From Styela clava (Eukaryota): a stretch of 64,000 nucleotides of DNA. Where the stretch lies: positions 7,688,001-7,752,000 of the forward strand of contig NC_135254.1 of the NCBI RefSeq assembly GCF_964204865.1. The letters are read 5' to 3'. The notes beneath the pieces are model-generated. The model saw only the letters and a program-made list of their open reading frames with translations. It was not told the DNA's origin and did no database searches. Of this stretch, positions 26,818-39,916 are shown piece by piece. The position numbers were made by a program, and so were the translations under genes. Each line of letters begins with the position of its first letter. The stretch's first letter is position 1.

Positions 26818-27886
26818 AATGTTTTCATGCACAATGTAAACTTCGTTTAATTCATTAGTTTAATCTCCTCAGATTGCGTGTTTTTGTCTTGAATGAATTT
26901 ACTGTTAACGATTATCTTTGTGGATCTCCACTCGAGGAGACCCTAATTGCCAGTCGTTATGTCTGTCTGTTTTGCTGTAGCGTCCAAACTGTAGAGGTCG
27001 ATCTGGTTGAAATTTCTCCGTGGCTTGTGCTACCACCCCAGTATTGTGCGTTTCACCAAAAGTTTGGATTGGTATTTGGTTTTCATGGTATCAGCGAGAA
27101 ACGCGCCGATTGTTATTTGTCGCCATTATCCTGTAAACAACTCTAAAAATTAAAAGAGATTGCTACCCCCTCGCAGAAGTAAATACTCGTTTGAACAAGC
27201 CAATTTTCATTTTGTTAATCAATGAACTGGGGAAACGTTAGAAATTATTAGCCGCTCATTAATAAAAATAAAATTGCAGTTTTGGTGACGGGGTTAATGA
27301 AATGCGCTGTCGTTATATCTGCTATTTTGCGTGAATGGCAACGGTTTATTGGAATGCGGCTGCCTGGTGTATCAGTGGAGATCCGGTGTTCCTACCAGCT
27401 TGTTTAGTAATGGTTTAAGTTACAAAAAGGGACCTTCCTCTATCACAGGAATTCCCTAATAGCTCCGGCGATTGAAACAGCAAAGAAGATTCAGATGTAT
27501 ATTCTCGTCGTGCAAAACCAATATGCGATATGAGTAATATATAAAATACATGCAACAAAACACATTTGCAGTTGGCGAGATAAGTCATCTGGTCAGCGAC
27601 ACCTTTCAATATTGCTATCGAAATTCCTGGCTTATTAATATACCCCAAGCTTAAAAATACACTTCGATACTGGGCAAATAATATTTGGATTACAATATTT
27701 CACATTGTTCCGACAAGAAAAAAATCGATATATCGCTATTCGCTAATGATAAATGAGAAGAGTTTACTTTTTATTTTTCCGTTCTATATTCAGTATCGTA
27801 AAAGCAAATTTTTCATTTTTCAAAGGCGATGTTTCAAGATTGAAGAAAAAACAGTATAAATACATGTGGTTATGTTAGGCCGCGGC

Positions 27887-28230
27887 TAGGGCTGGGCATC
27901 GAATATTCCCATCGGTACAGGAGAAAATTTCAGATCGCCGCCATCTTGTTTTTATTTGGCTGCCGAGAGCGAGGTGAATTTTGCAATATTTTGATATTGA
28001 AACCATAATTTTACAAATATAGCTCTTCCCCTTTTTAGTGAGTTGTTGATGAAACATGTTCCTCATTGTGTGTGAAAACTCCGTAAACTGTTTGAGTGAT
28101 GGATTCTATGTTTTAGTAATTTGTGTGCCTGGATGACCCATCTCAATAAAAAAGTCACATACAATAAAATATCTTCCAGGCATTCATGATTAAATTCGTA
28201 AACACATTCGATTTTGAAATCATGAGGTAT
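27887..28230. mobile_element. Truncated hAT element (TAGGGCTGGGC family)
   Basis: TAGGGCTGGGCATCGAATATTC end and CGCCATCTTG match the reverse end of 47409..47821. Confidence 0.55.
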
Positions 28231-28621
28231 TCGAAAAATCTAATCATGGCCAGTGAAGGGGGAAGATCAAAGATTCTTTTCTGATAATAGTCGAATTACA
28301 CAATGGAACTATAAGTTTATTGACCAATGTTGGTTCTAGCATAAGTTATCTTTTCAGAATATATTACTTGACTTTAATAGGCAAGATTTACAGTGAATGC
28401 CGAAGAGTCAGATCCAGTGAAAGATTAACAGAAATAAGTTGTTATAACAAGTCGGGAAAAATTATCGTATTCAACATTTTATTTCATATTGGATTTAATT
28501 CTCTTTATTAAAATATGGCCCAGTCACATCTAGTATGAGTTAGTTACATTATTTCTCTATGGAAGTTCATTGTTGAATATTGTACCCTCGTACATCGAAT
28601 ATCTTCATATTATTTTTGGAA

Positions 28622-29309
28622 CTAAACTCTATCAGCAGAGTTACCCTCATTCGCTTTAGTGTGAATTAGTTCATGCTTATTCGCATTAGCCTTTGTTGTA
28701 AAACATCTTCCACAATGCTTACAAGCATATGGTTTTTCGCCGCTGTGTATTATCAAAACATGTCTTTTCATATTCTGATTCATCGAAAAACATTTCCCGC
28801 AAAGTTTACAAGTAAATGGTTTTTCTCCGGTATGAATTCGGTTATGCCTTTTCAAACTTCCGACATTCGTAAAGCTCTTACCACATGATATGCAAGAAGA
28901 TGATTTGATACCTGTGTGGATTCTCTTATGCATCTTACATTCAGCTGCTGTTGTGAAACATTTATCACAAAATTCACAAGTGAACGGTTTCATCCCGTCG
29001 TGTATTCGAATATGCCGATTCCATTGTCCAGTCATCGTAAAACACTTCCCACAAACTTTACAAGCATGTGGTTTGATTCCCGTGTGAATTTGCTCATGAA
29101 CTTTTAATCCACCAGCCTTTGTAAAACCTTTTCCACACTGTTCACAAACATATGGTCTCTCTCCTGTGTGATCTCTTGTGTGTATTAGTAAATAATTTTT
29201 TCTTTTGAAAGTCTTTCCACAGTATTTGCAAATATGGACTTTACGTTCACAGGGCGTATTCCTACCCTGTTTTGCACTTGTTTTCATATTGTAGCGGGCC
29301 ACAATAAGG
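28622..29309 (-). CDS. C2H2 zinc-finger protein, 7 fingers (terminal coding exon)
   Basis: ORF with seven CxxC...HxxxH fingers and HTGEKP linkers; pyrimidine-rich acceptor TTTCTATTTTTCTTAG just upstream on the minus strand; in-frame ATG at MKTSAK. Confidence 0.9.
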
Positions 29310-29738
29310 CTAAGAAAAATAGAAAGCCAGATAACAATTTAGACTGCACATTCAACTTTGCTAGTTGCCTCAGCTAGCCACAACACTAGTCAATTCAGTG
29401 ACAATAGTGATGTAGCAATATGTCAAATGACTTCGTTTTCTACTTAATATAGGTTACACTATGTTCAGTATAGAAATATCTCTAACATATTTATTGCCTC
29501 TGTTTGGACTAATAAAATCAAATTATTACGCAACACACAGAGACGGGATACCATAATTCTAAGAAGGAGATTTGGGTTAAACGACCGACATGATCTCAAA
29601 ACTTATATCTTAGATATACAATGTCATTTTAATTCGTCCGCTTTCGCTTTTCATCTTCAAAATACGTGCTTATAACAGATTTCAATCTGACACTTTACAA
29701 GCGTTGAATATAAAATTAAACATATCTAAAATGTCTTG

Positions 29739-29946
29739 GGCGCTCCAGAAGTATGTGTACCAATATGAAGGTAAATAAAATTGTTCGCCTATTTTCCATC
29801 AAGTTGTGTAAAGGGACTGAAACCTATGGGCATGGGATATATTCACTAGGCTAACACAGACAGTCCCCGAACTCGTAATAGAACTAAAATAAGGAAAATC
29901 GGAATAAAATTATGGCACATAATTATACACATACTTCTGAAGCGCC
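29739..29946. mobile_element. Family B variant repeat
   Basis: GGCGCTCCAGAAGTATGTGT / ACACATACTTCTGAAGCGCC arms; reverse homolog of 3842..4052. Confidence 0.75.
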
Positions 29947-30439
29947 AAAAATCTGTATTATTTGACAGCGAAACCATCCTCAGAGAAAAAAAAAATAACG
30001 AAATATACTTTAAAACATTTATATACATACTTTGCACAGCGGTCCCAGCTTGTTTCTCTGTCTACTGATACGTGAGCTTGAAAAATATAAGTGACTCAAC
30101 TGTTTGAATATTGGAAGAAAAATGAACTAACCATTCAACATTATTTCCTGTGTCGCATTCGGACCGTACTCGTAGGGAATTTTACACATAAATACTATCA
30201 GCTGCTCCCATGCGTGATAAAACAGGCAAAAAAAATTAAATTGATTTTATGTGGCTTCCGTGATTTTTGGAAAGTGCTGTTAACAACAATGTCCTAAAAA
30301 ACTTCCTCTCCGTTCACGGGAACGAAATTATGCAAGGAAATAGTGTGGAACTTTCAAATAGCTATTCTTGATTCAAATTAGTATATACAATCTTCCAGAA
30401 TCATCAAAACGCACAAAATTAAATTAAGTTTCGATAACA

Positions 30440-31540
30440 CTCGTCACGGTTTCTTGCATAATTGCCAAGCTCAGGCAGTATACCTGTCCTAGTTCTAAAA
30501 ACTTGTTCCTCTGAACTTTCTCCGATTTTATCTACGTTATTTAACAAAAGTTGTGTGGATTCATTTTCCCAGACCTCTTCAGACTTGCTTACCCTTGTTC
30601 CCACCTTTGAAAATAACGGCGATGGGACAGATTCCGGTGAATACCGACATATCAGTCATTTGTAAACTATAAGCAAGGTATTTGAATCACTTATCAAGGC
30701 AGTCATTATATACCACCCAGGATCACATGATCTTTTAACTCAGTGTTTTTCAACCGGGGTGCCGCGGCACACCGGTGTGCCGTAAAATATTGTCAGGGGT
30801 GCCGTGGGAAATTCTCCAATTTGTGTGTCTATGCGGTGTTGCGCCCGGCAGAGTAATCATGTTGTACTGTTCCGTATCAAGGGCGGCGATTTGCCTTGTG
30901 CTCGCAGACGAGAAAAAATGGCCACGCATGTATGCAGCGGCAGTTAGCTGAAACAAGATTGTGGTCACAAGCTAAGTTGATCTACCTTTGGACAGTTTTT
31001 GATTGGCAGCTGCCAAGAAGTTCCCCATGCTGGCCTATAAAACTATTTTGACATTGCTCCCATTTTCCACAACATATCTGTGAGAGGTTACCTTTTCAAG
31101 CCTGACTGCTATAAAAACTAAAAACAGAGAAAGACTGAGAGCTGTGGAGGAAGAGCTTCGTGTGTGTCTTTCTCCGATTCCTGCCAGGATATCAGCTCTG
31201 TCTTCATCCAAACGGCCCATGTTTCACACTGAGTGAGAATAAATATGAACGATTATGAAATACTTTTTGTCTTTGTTTTTATTTGATTACTATTCAAGAT
31301 GTCCAATTCAACATCTTACTTCAGTGTTAAAAAGCTTATATTAACAATATAATACTTATATTGTGAATATTAGGTCTTTTTCCCACATTTTCAGTGGTAG
31401 TGTGCCGCGGGATTTTCTCAACGAAAAAAGTGTGTCTTGGCTTGAAAAACACTGTTTAATTGACAAAAAAACATAATTTTCGTCCAAACGTTCCACCACC
31501 TATTTGTCAACGGTTTGGCGTACCGGATCCTGCAAAGAAT
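30440..31540 (+). mobile_element. Degenerate non-LTR (CR1/L2/Jockey-type) reverse transcriptase fragment interrupted by a hAT element
   Basis: SIPVLVLKTCSSELSPILSTLFNKS...YRHISHL*TISKVFESLI...HDLL, resuming after 31454 as DK...NFR...RST; this is the typical pre-RT motif series (YRPISLL, SKVFE, QxGFR..RST). Confidence 0.75.
30741..31454 (+). mobile_element. Charlie/Buster-type hAT deletion derivative with transposase C-terminal remnant
   Basis: TIRs CAGTGTTTTTCAA / TTGAAAAACACTG; ~31000-31232 reads [39 protein letters not shown]...LRVCLS...VSH* (hAT dimerisation domain). Confidence 0.85.
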
Positions 31541-31930
31541 CTCGTATCGGATCTCCACTCGAATGCACGCATTTTTTGGACTCGGAATACACGTAATTTT
31601 TACTGAGTACTCAATTCCGATTTTACTAATTGATGCCTAAGTTAGGTACTTTTACAGGCGCTCCAGTGTGTGTACCAATATAGAGGTGACTAATTTTGTT
31701 CGCCTATTTTACATCAAGTTATGATGTAAAGGGACTGAAACCCACAGGTAGGGGTGTCACTGTGCTAACACAGACAGTAAACCCCGTACGCCAAAGGGTG
31801 TTTAACATTAACGTAAATTCATTTCTATTTTTCAAACTGAAACCGATATTTAGACAGACAGCGCATGGACTCTCGGTGACAATATGGTCAAGGAAAACAG
31901 CCGAGATGGTTTTAAATGTAGGCCCCTAAT

Positions 31931-32390
31931 TAGGCTTACCATACGTCCCGCTTTAGGCGGGACAGTCCCGCTTTTCAGCGTTTTGTCCCGCCGTCCCGAT
32001 AAGTCAGCCAAAAGTCCCGCTTTTCCAGCATAATACACAAACATGTTCTTGTTACTGTTGTTTCTTTGTAGCGCAGCGCTAGCCTACTTACTGAAGGCGA
32101 ATATCGCATGTAAAACCAATACTAATTAGTCTAAATTCGAAATATTTGTACCGGTATCGTTAACGTCAATTCCTTCCTATTTTTCGAACTGAACCCGATA
32201 TTTTGACAGAGAATATGCGCATGAAATTTCGATAACAATATGGTCAATAAAGACAGCCGAGACAGCTTTAAATGTAGGAATGTAGGCCTATGTAGTAAAA
32301 TCGGAAAATGTGAAGTTATAAAATCACAGCTAAGGGGTCGTTGTCTTCCGAGGCGTCCCGATTTGAAGTCACAAAAATATGGTAACCGTA
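31931..32390 (+). mobile_element. hAT (Tip100/Zaphod-like) MITE nested in another copy of its own family
   Basis: TAGGCTTACCATA / TATGGTAACCGTA termini; GTCCCG subterminal repeats; exact TSD CCCCTAAT; the outer copy ends at 32487 (TATGGTAACCCTA). Confidence 0.8.
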
Positions 32391-34169
32391 CCCCTAATGT
32401 AAAATCGATAAATTTAAAGTAGAAAAAGTCACACCTATGGTCTTTGGAGGCGTTCCGCTTTGAGGTCACAAAAATATGGTAACCCTACTTAACACCAACC
32501 TGGTACACAACTACACATGCATGGAATGGAACACATAGCGTGGAAATGAAACATGCTCTACCACGAGTAGGCTATATGAATATGCGAAAACTACAAAATT
32601 TCTCTAAGTTAAAACTTCAGAATCAGTAGTTTTAAACTGTTTACGTAACTATAAAATTTCAAGCCAGTTTATGTACCACATTGTATGCACGAGTGGAATC
32701 TCTCTGCCATTTCCGCGAGCGACATAGTAAGCCTACGGCTAAAACTATCTGCAATCACGGGAACGTATCGTAGTCAGAAAAGTGGACTTTCCAAATCGGT
32801 ATGTTAGAATTTGAAAATTTCGACATTTTAGGCTTCAGACAGCCACGTAATGGCGACATTACCACAGCATCTGTGCTGAATAGCCGCTGAGAATTAACGA
32901 AAGCAGGTGGGCGGGAAAACCCGTTTACAACCAAGACGAACATTAACACAATATCACGCGCGGGGCAGCGCTAAATTTGTCTCAATGCAATTTCGTTTGC
33001 ATACTTTTTCATCATAATAAAATTCCCCGCTCTCTCTTACCTGTCAAGGGTATTTCACAGGATATTTTCTCACTTCCCCATGCATTAATTGTTTGATCCT
33101 AATGGGATTTGGAATATACCAATAAAATATAACAATATGAATGCCTCCGAGCTCCGCGAATTCTAATCTTGGTAGTTTCAGAAGACTGCGAGATAACCGT
33201 CGCAAACGTATGGTAGACGCAGAAAAATATATTTAAATATTTTTAAGAAACGGGAATGAGGCGACAATTACATTGCCTTTACGAAAGTAAATCGAGTTGG
33301 GCCTAGCCCTAGAATGTGCGCAATGGTCGTATTTTTATACTGATTATCGAGGGACGGGGCGCCAACGATAAAATGCTGGACACCACTAGTTTAGAATAAA
33401 GACAATTTTCAGTTTTGTGGCATGGCTTAGTGGTAAGCACGATGAAGACAAAACAGCAACCCAGGAAGCTGGACATGGTGGCATAAATTGGGGAAAATCA
33501 TTTTGACTAGACTCGGGTTTTCCCCAGACTATCACGTGATAGACGTTTCTAGATTTCTTTATTCCTAAATATTAAAATTTATTTTCACCACTAGGTTATG
33601 CCGATGAGTAACCAAAAAATTATTGCTATTCTATTTTCATGCACTGTTGCTACTCTTTTTATTTGTTTCTTCTATTCAATTTTTTTGTCTAAAGGTGCTG
33701 TAGGCTCGATGACGGTTCATTCCGTCCTTCACAGCACCTGTCATTTCGAAATTTATGTATTACAGATATTTTGTTGTTGATTGTTGTTTTTTTGAAGTGA
33801 CAGATAAAATAACTTTGTCACAAGTTGTTATCGTACCGCAAGTGTACAGGTGCGGGCGGTTTCGAGCCAGACTTCACGAAGAAATTTCCCCCGACTCGAC
33901 GAAAACAGTGTGAAATTATTTTTAACTATATTGTGATTTAGTAGTTATTGATCACCACCAAAGAACCGGGCTCAAAATGGAAATTGAACAGAAAATATGG
34001 CTAAAAGAATAGTACAGATTCAATTATCAAAAATGCACTATATTCAAACTAAACTATTACTAAAGATAGACAATCGTTAACAATAAATTTCTTTCTAGGC
34101 AGAAACACGTAATCTAAGGAGATCAAACACTAATAAAATAGTTAAGTCCATATTCTGCATGAAAACATT

Positions 34170-35318
34170 TCAGTCGGAAGTTAAACGATCAACCAGAGGA
34201 ATTCCATATGAAATGAAGGATCCAACCACAAGTGTTCCGTCGCTCAGTTCAGATACTTCTGTTACAGCTCGGCATAACTTTCCTTCCAAATCTAAATGGA
34301 TACTCTCAGGCTCAAAATTCTCATTTAGCTTCACAGCCGCTCCCTGACCGAAGTTAAACTTGTTCAAAAGACCCCCCGGTCCTAATGCAGTTGCAAGCAT
34401 GTCGCGGAATACAGGATCCCATGTCACAAAATGTCCCGGTTCTAGAAAATATGGCATTGGCACCCAATATCCACCATTCTTTGTTTTACGTATATTGTCT
34501 GGACCAGCCGGGAAAGGGATGTGCCGCACAATTTCTGCGGATTCGAGGTTGACCAATGTAAGGCGCCTGGCGCTTGGGCTGTGCTCGGACAGAAGAACAT
34601 GTGTTTCATTTTCCACAATTTCAATGCCGTTTGGTAGACACAAATTGTCCAGGATGAGTTCTGTATTTTTGGTTAGAACATCCACTTTAAATAGTCTTCC
34701 GGTACATTCACCTTCAAGGATAGAAAAGGCGACGTCATCATAATTCCACCTTGTACTCATATCAGTGAAATATATTGTTTTTCCATCAGAGGTCAAGGCC
34801 AAATCATCTGGGAACAACATAGGCGGGTTGACGTCAGTATAGTGAGATATGACGTCATAAGTCACGGTATTCAGATCGATCATAATGACTCCTTGATAAG
34901 CATCTGCAAAATACAACTTGGAACCATAAAGGCGAAGACCAAGAGGACGCTTTTTCTTTAGTTCACTTCCTTCTGCAAAATCGAATGATTTAGTCAAATC
35001 GAAAACCGTTTGGTTTGCTTTCCCAGGATTCATGATTTTAATTACCCTGCCATCTTTAAGTCCAGCATATATATTATCATGCTCATCCACTGCAACTGAC
35101 TCTGGTCCTTTCAATTCGGGTACAATCTTTATTCCGCGTTGTAAGTCTTTATTTCCAATATTCACCCAATCAAATTCGTCCATGCCTTGTATATCGTCGA
35201 CCGGAACTGATGAAGTTGGTGATCTAACATAAGCGATAGTTAGAACACTTCCGACTATTAAACCAATTCCAATAGGCACGAATAAAAACATCCGGTTAAC
35301 CACGCCACCTCCCGCCAT
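34170..35318 (-). CDS. Strictosidine synthase-like / APMAP-like protein, copy 2 (382 aa, intronless)
   Basis: N-terminal signal-anchor; GPES, RPLGLR, FPDDL, YFTD, LPNG, GPDNI and GGYWV motifs of the SSL/APMAP family. Confidence 0.93.
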   Translation of the reverse strand: MAGGGVVNRMFLFVPIGIGLIVGSVLTIAYVRSPTSSVPVDDIQGMDEFDWVNIGNKDLQRGIKIVPELKGPESVAVDEHDNIYAGLKDGRVIKIMNPGKANQTVFDLTKSFDFAEGSELKKKRPLGLRLYGSKLYFADAYQGVIMIDLNTVTYDVISHYTDVNPPMLFPDDLALTSDGKTIYFTDMSTRWNYDDVAFSILEGECTGRLFKVDVLTKNTELILDNLCLPNGIEIVENETHVLLSEHSPSARRLTLVNLESAEIVRHIPFPAGPDNIRKTKNGGYWVPMPYFLEPGHFVTWDPVFRDMLATALGPGGLLNKFNFGQGAAVKLNENFEPESIHLDLEGKLCRAVTEVSELSDGTLVVGSFISYGIPLVDRLTSD

Positions 35319-36781
35319 ATTAAAAATAGGGTAACGCTGACGAAATTCTTTTCCTTCCTATAAAGCGTACTGCGAAGAACACCACCTGCTTTCAGCTAAC
35401 GGGCAGTCTTAAATGCAGATTTCGAAGTGGACGCTAATCAATATATGCATGCTTTGTATATAAACCAGTTTTTTATCGGTATGTCTGTTTTCTTGGCAAA
35501 TCTTTTTGAAAAAATGTATAATTCTGCGTTAGGTAGCCTGCAGGCAAACACTGCGATGTATACGATATAAAGTATGTATATGTCGACCGTGGCCGGTGGT
35601 GCCACTGAACGTAATGAAATGTAATATTTTTGTTTACGTTATGTCAAATATTGGTTCGTTGAACGATGGATTATTTCGTGTTTCTGTAACCGAACGCGCC
35701 CGAAATACTTGTTTTAAGACAACGATAATTTTATAAATGTTCCCGCCATAATATTTCATGAGAGTGTTTTCAATAAGATGTTAAAATATTTATTTTAATA
35801 TTTCAAGCAATGGTGTGGCGGTTTTTGTGAGGTTTCCCTGCCCTTTGACCCCAGGATATTTCTTTCATACTTTACCATTGTAAAATTTCCAATGCTTTTA
35901 TTAAAAGTGGTTTAGCGATTTGGCGCCTATAAACTGATTTACATGTTCCAAACCATCATTTTGATTCAAAGTATTCAAACATCTGTCATTTGAAAGTACC
36001 GATAAAAAGTTTAGCCCAGTCTTTTAGTTTAGCTAGTTTTAGACAAATTTCACTGTAATGGAACTTGAAACTCTCGGGAAGACGAAATGATAATGATCGT
36101 TAACCCATTTGATTCATACTCGAATTTCCGAAGCAAAAAAAAACGGAAAAATGTCATGTGAAACTAGAAAACGAGGTAATGTTTACAGCAATGCCGGAAA
36201 ATCTGTTCTAGTGACAAAAGCGTCTGAACGGCCTATAACATTTCTATTGTAGGCCTACGTCACTTTTTGCATCTTTCTGATTAGCCAATGTTGCGGAAAT
36301 AAATAAAGAAGTCGATGGTCGGGAAAACATTATCCATTGCTAGAATTTGGTTCATTTTGAGTGAGAAACGACATATGACATGCTCGTATGAAGCATTTCA
36401 ATCAATTTATGTCAAAATGGTTGTTATGAATTTTCATGTTACATTGGCTTTAGCCCAGGGTCGGCAAACTTTTGTCGTTTGCGGGCTAAAATTACAGGTT
36501 GCAAGTCATTGGCGGGTCGCACATATTTTTAAAAAGGTAAAATCCGAAGGACTGACCAATGAATCACATTTTTTTCACACAGATTCCAGTTAAATTTATT
36601 TTGTTTACAAAAGAAATTTGAATTTTATTTGTACTACCATGGGTCAATTTTATCACATGTTATACTAGTTCAACTCTTGCGGTGCTCTTTATATATTATT
36701 ATGTGAAATGTATTTTGTATTATCGCTAAGTGGCGCTATTGACCCGCAATGCCAGACCTGTGGCACGACTATATAATAAAG

Positions 36782-37066
36782 GGCACTCCCGAAGTATGTG
36801 AACCAAGATGGCAGACACCAGAACGTAGTATGTGTACCAGGTTAGGATTGGGCCATAATTTCAAGTACAAATACCACGGGAAATAGAACTAATATTAGGA
36901 AAATTGAAATAAAATTATGGCCTAACCCTAACCTGGTACACATACTACGCTCTGGTGTCTGCCATCTTGGTATACATACTTCGGGAGTGCCCTTTATTAT
37001 ATAGTCGTGCCACACATACCACGTTCCGGTATCCGCTGTCTTGGTTCACATACTTCGTGAGTACCC
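36782..37066. mobile_element. Family B palindromic repeat with duplicated arm
   Basis: Typical arms plus an extra right-arm remnant at 37015-37066. Confidence 0.8.
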
Positions 37067-38079
37067 AATAAAGTCTTTTGAACGTTGGCATCATTTGTGT
37101 AAAATTTCAGACATGGAAATACGCTAATTTTGTTTGCCCCGAGACTGGTTCTTCCACGACATGTATGTTTTAGATTTCTCAAAGTAGAAAAATACAATCT
37201 AAACTCTAATGTGTTGAAAACCACCTTTCTTATGTAGTAGAATAAAAACGAGTTGTGGAACAATAAGCTCTTTAACAAAATTAGATTTGATCCAAACAAT
37301 AAAACTGTGTGCAGCGGCGCGGATTCACGAAAAGGTGTGCTTGCCGAGTTTGTGAAACTCTCAGATATTTTCGTGTGTTGCTCTTTGCAAAGCACACAAT
37401 AGGTTCGATAAAGACGCCAGTAAAGACCTTTATTGTTCAGCAGAGATGGGCGGATTTGAACTGATACATCACATTCACATAGCAACCAAAACATGTCCGA
37501 TCCTAGCAGCAGTCAGACCAGAAAAAGGAATTACACGTTTCAGTGTCGTGCGCAGAGGTGATCGCAGTCGAGCAAGGAATAGCCAAATCTGACCCATTGG
37601 GCAATGTTTTAGTCAAAACAGCTCTGGCTCCGCAAAATCTGGACGCGATACCAAGACAATATAAATAAATACAAGAGAGCTAAGCCCAAATATGTGGACA
37701 CGGAGAGAAAAACTGAATATTTTATCATCAATTCCCGGAAAATCATATGCGGTAACTTACCAGTGGCCGTATCGGAAGGCGAATAACTCGACTACATGGA
37801 CAACTCTCCAGAGAAAACTCGACTACCCATGGTACCGGTAACGGTACAGAGACTGTTATAGCTTTTCCAGGTCCTGGGACGATGATCCATTTCTTCATGA
37901 TTCAGTTTCAACGTGGATTGAAATACCAACTGATCCGAGCCATTTCTGCATTACCAGATCAAGAACCACAGTCTACCGATCCTCTTGAAAAACTTCACTT
38001 TCTCTAAACACGAGATCCGCCGACTTTCGCTGAGCACGCGATCCACTGATATGCGTTCGCGGAACCACCACAATGTGCG

Positions 38080-39090
38080 TAAATTTTGGTGACGTCATAG
38101 CACACAAAAAAACAAATTCTATGGAGCTCACAGAAATATTTGAAATAGATAAAATAGCCTTCTGGCAAAATATACAATCTTTCACCGCTGAAAATTTCAA
38201 AGCAATTGGTCCAGTAATTAAAGAGGAAGGCGATTTTTTCATAACGATGGGAAGAAAAATAATGAACAAGCCGGTAGGCGACCAAAATCTCCGCTGATAG
38301 TTGAGGCACGCACTCAAGCAACCGGTTGCCATGCATAGAGACTTGATGATTTTTGGCTGCGCGCGATTAAGTAAGTGAGCGGGTTGCCAAAAAGGCCAGT
38401 TTATTTAAGCGCTGCGCGTTTTCTAGACATACTCACGTGACTGATATAATGTGACTAAAAATGTGAAAAAAATAATGTTCACCAAAATCCCCAAGGCTTC
38501 TCCAGTTTATAAAGTATCAAGACCAAAGATGGCTCGTTGGAAAGAGTTTTTTCCCATACGGAAGGGAGCGTTTTCGGAATTTTATTATTCGATTTAGTTA
38601 ACTAGAAAATGGCGAAATATTATATTGGAACTTCAAAAATGTTACGGATCGGCGCGTTTTTACGCTGCTACCATGGAAACGAAACATCTATCATGAATTT
38701 AGGTGAAACGCATCGAAGCGAACAACTCGACTACATGGACAGAAAGTTTATAAAGTATCAAGACCAAAGATGGCTCGTTGGAAAGTGTATTTTCCCATAC
38801 TGAAGGTAGCGTTTTCGGAATTTTAATATTCAATTTAGTTAACTAGAAAATGGCGAAATATTATATTGAAACTTCAAAAATGTTACGGATCGGCGCGTTT
38901 TTTCGCTGCTATGGAAACATCAATCCTGAATTTGGGTGAAACGCATAATATTACGGTGACAGGATAACCCACGTGAAAAATTTCATCTAGATCTGCCAAG
39001 CCATTTGGGCGCTACAGTTGGACAAACAGACAGATAGACATACAGAACGACCGATGATAAGGGTCTCCTATAGAGGAGATCCAATAAAAA
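38080..39090 (+). mobile_element. Helentron/HINE (DINE-1-like) element body and 3' end; left boundary uncertain
   Basis: 3' structure: (GACA/GATA) microsatellite at ~39021-39045, hairpin GGTCTCCT-ATAG-AGGAGATC, then an A-run. Internal segments are homologous to ~9540-9800 and ~50490-50720. Confidence 0.55.
38504..38945. repeat. Tandem duplication, 241-bp period
   Basis: AGTTTATAAAGTATCAAGACCAAAGATGGCTCGTTGGAAAG starts at both 38504 and 38745. Confidence 0.9.
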
Positions 39091-39916
39091 AAACAAGAAC
39101 AACATAATACCAAAACCATTGGTTTACTCCGTGTCCAAAAACAAAAAAAGTAAAAATAAAGTCCGTCACCCATGTTCTGAAGGTGTCAGAAAAGATTTGA
39201 CATGAGTGAACGTCATACCGAAGGTCGATTCACTGTGCGGAGCCAGGTATCACCGATACCGATATGTTTGAGACATTTAAAAACCTTTCTTTTCAGGAAT
39301 TAGTGACAATATTTGGAGGAACGGATTAAATAATACCTGGTCGGATTTAGCTCGCGTATCATAGTTTACCAATGTATGATCTTGACTTGATGAACAATAA
39401 TGGTGAAGAAATTATTTCATTACTTTTTAACAATATTAAATAAAATGGGAAAAAACAGTTATTCTATTCAAAACTACCATCAGATATCATTCCTTTTGTA
39501 CAGAGTATCTCAAAGACGTTCATGACTAAAATTGGTAATGTTTATTTATCTTGGTGATCTAAAATTAGACTAGAAATAGATTAGTAATTTGCCAGGCATG
39601 ACACAACAGTATTGTCTGCCTGTGGGCTAATCAACGGATGGTTATCAATATTATGAGGTAAAATATTCACGATACATCGATTTTAAAGTCAACAAAACTG
39701 GTTTGGGATGTGTTTATTTAAACTTAAAACGCAACAATCGTTGCCTGGAGCTTTAAATTCAACTTTATGAAGAATGTTCGATCTTCGAAGATGATATTTT
39801 GGGTTTCTCGTGGATTGAATACGTCAGTATACTTTTTACCGGGGCGTTGTGCTCAATGTGTCGTAGATAGTTTTGCTGAAGAATCGAGTTTTGTCTACGG
39901 TGTCACATTTTTGAAT

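Noticed and set aside
39767-39916. 50-aa N-terminal extension of SSL copy 3 in the ORF track
   Set aside because: Not conserved in the four paralogs, which all start at the Met equivalent to 39917; probably 5' UTR/promoter that is open by chance.
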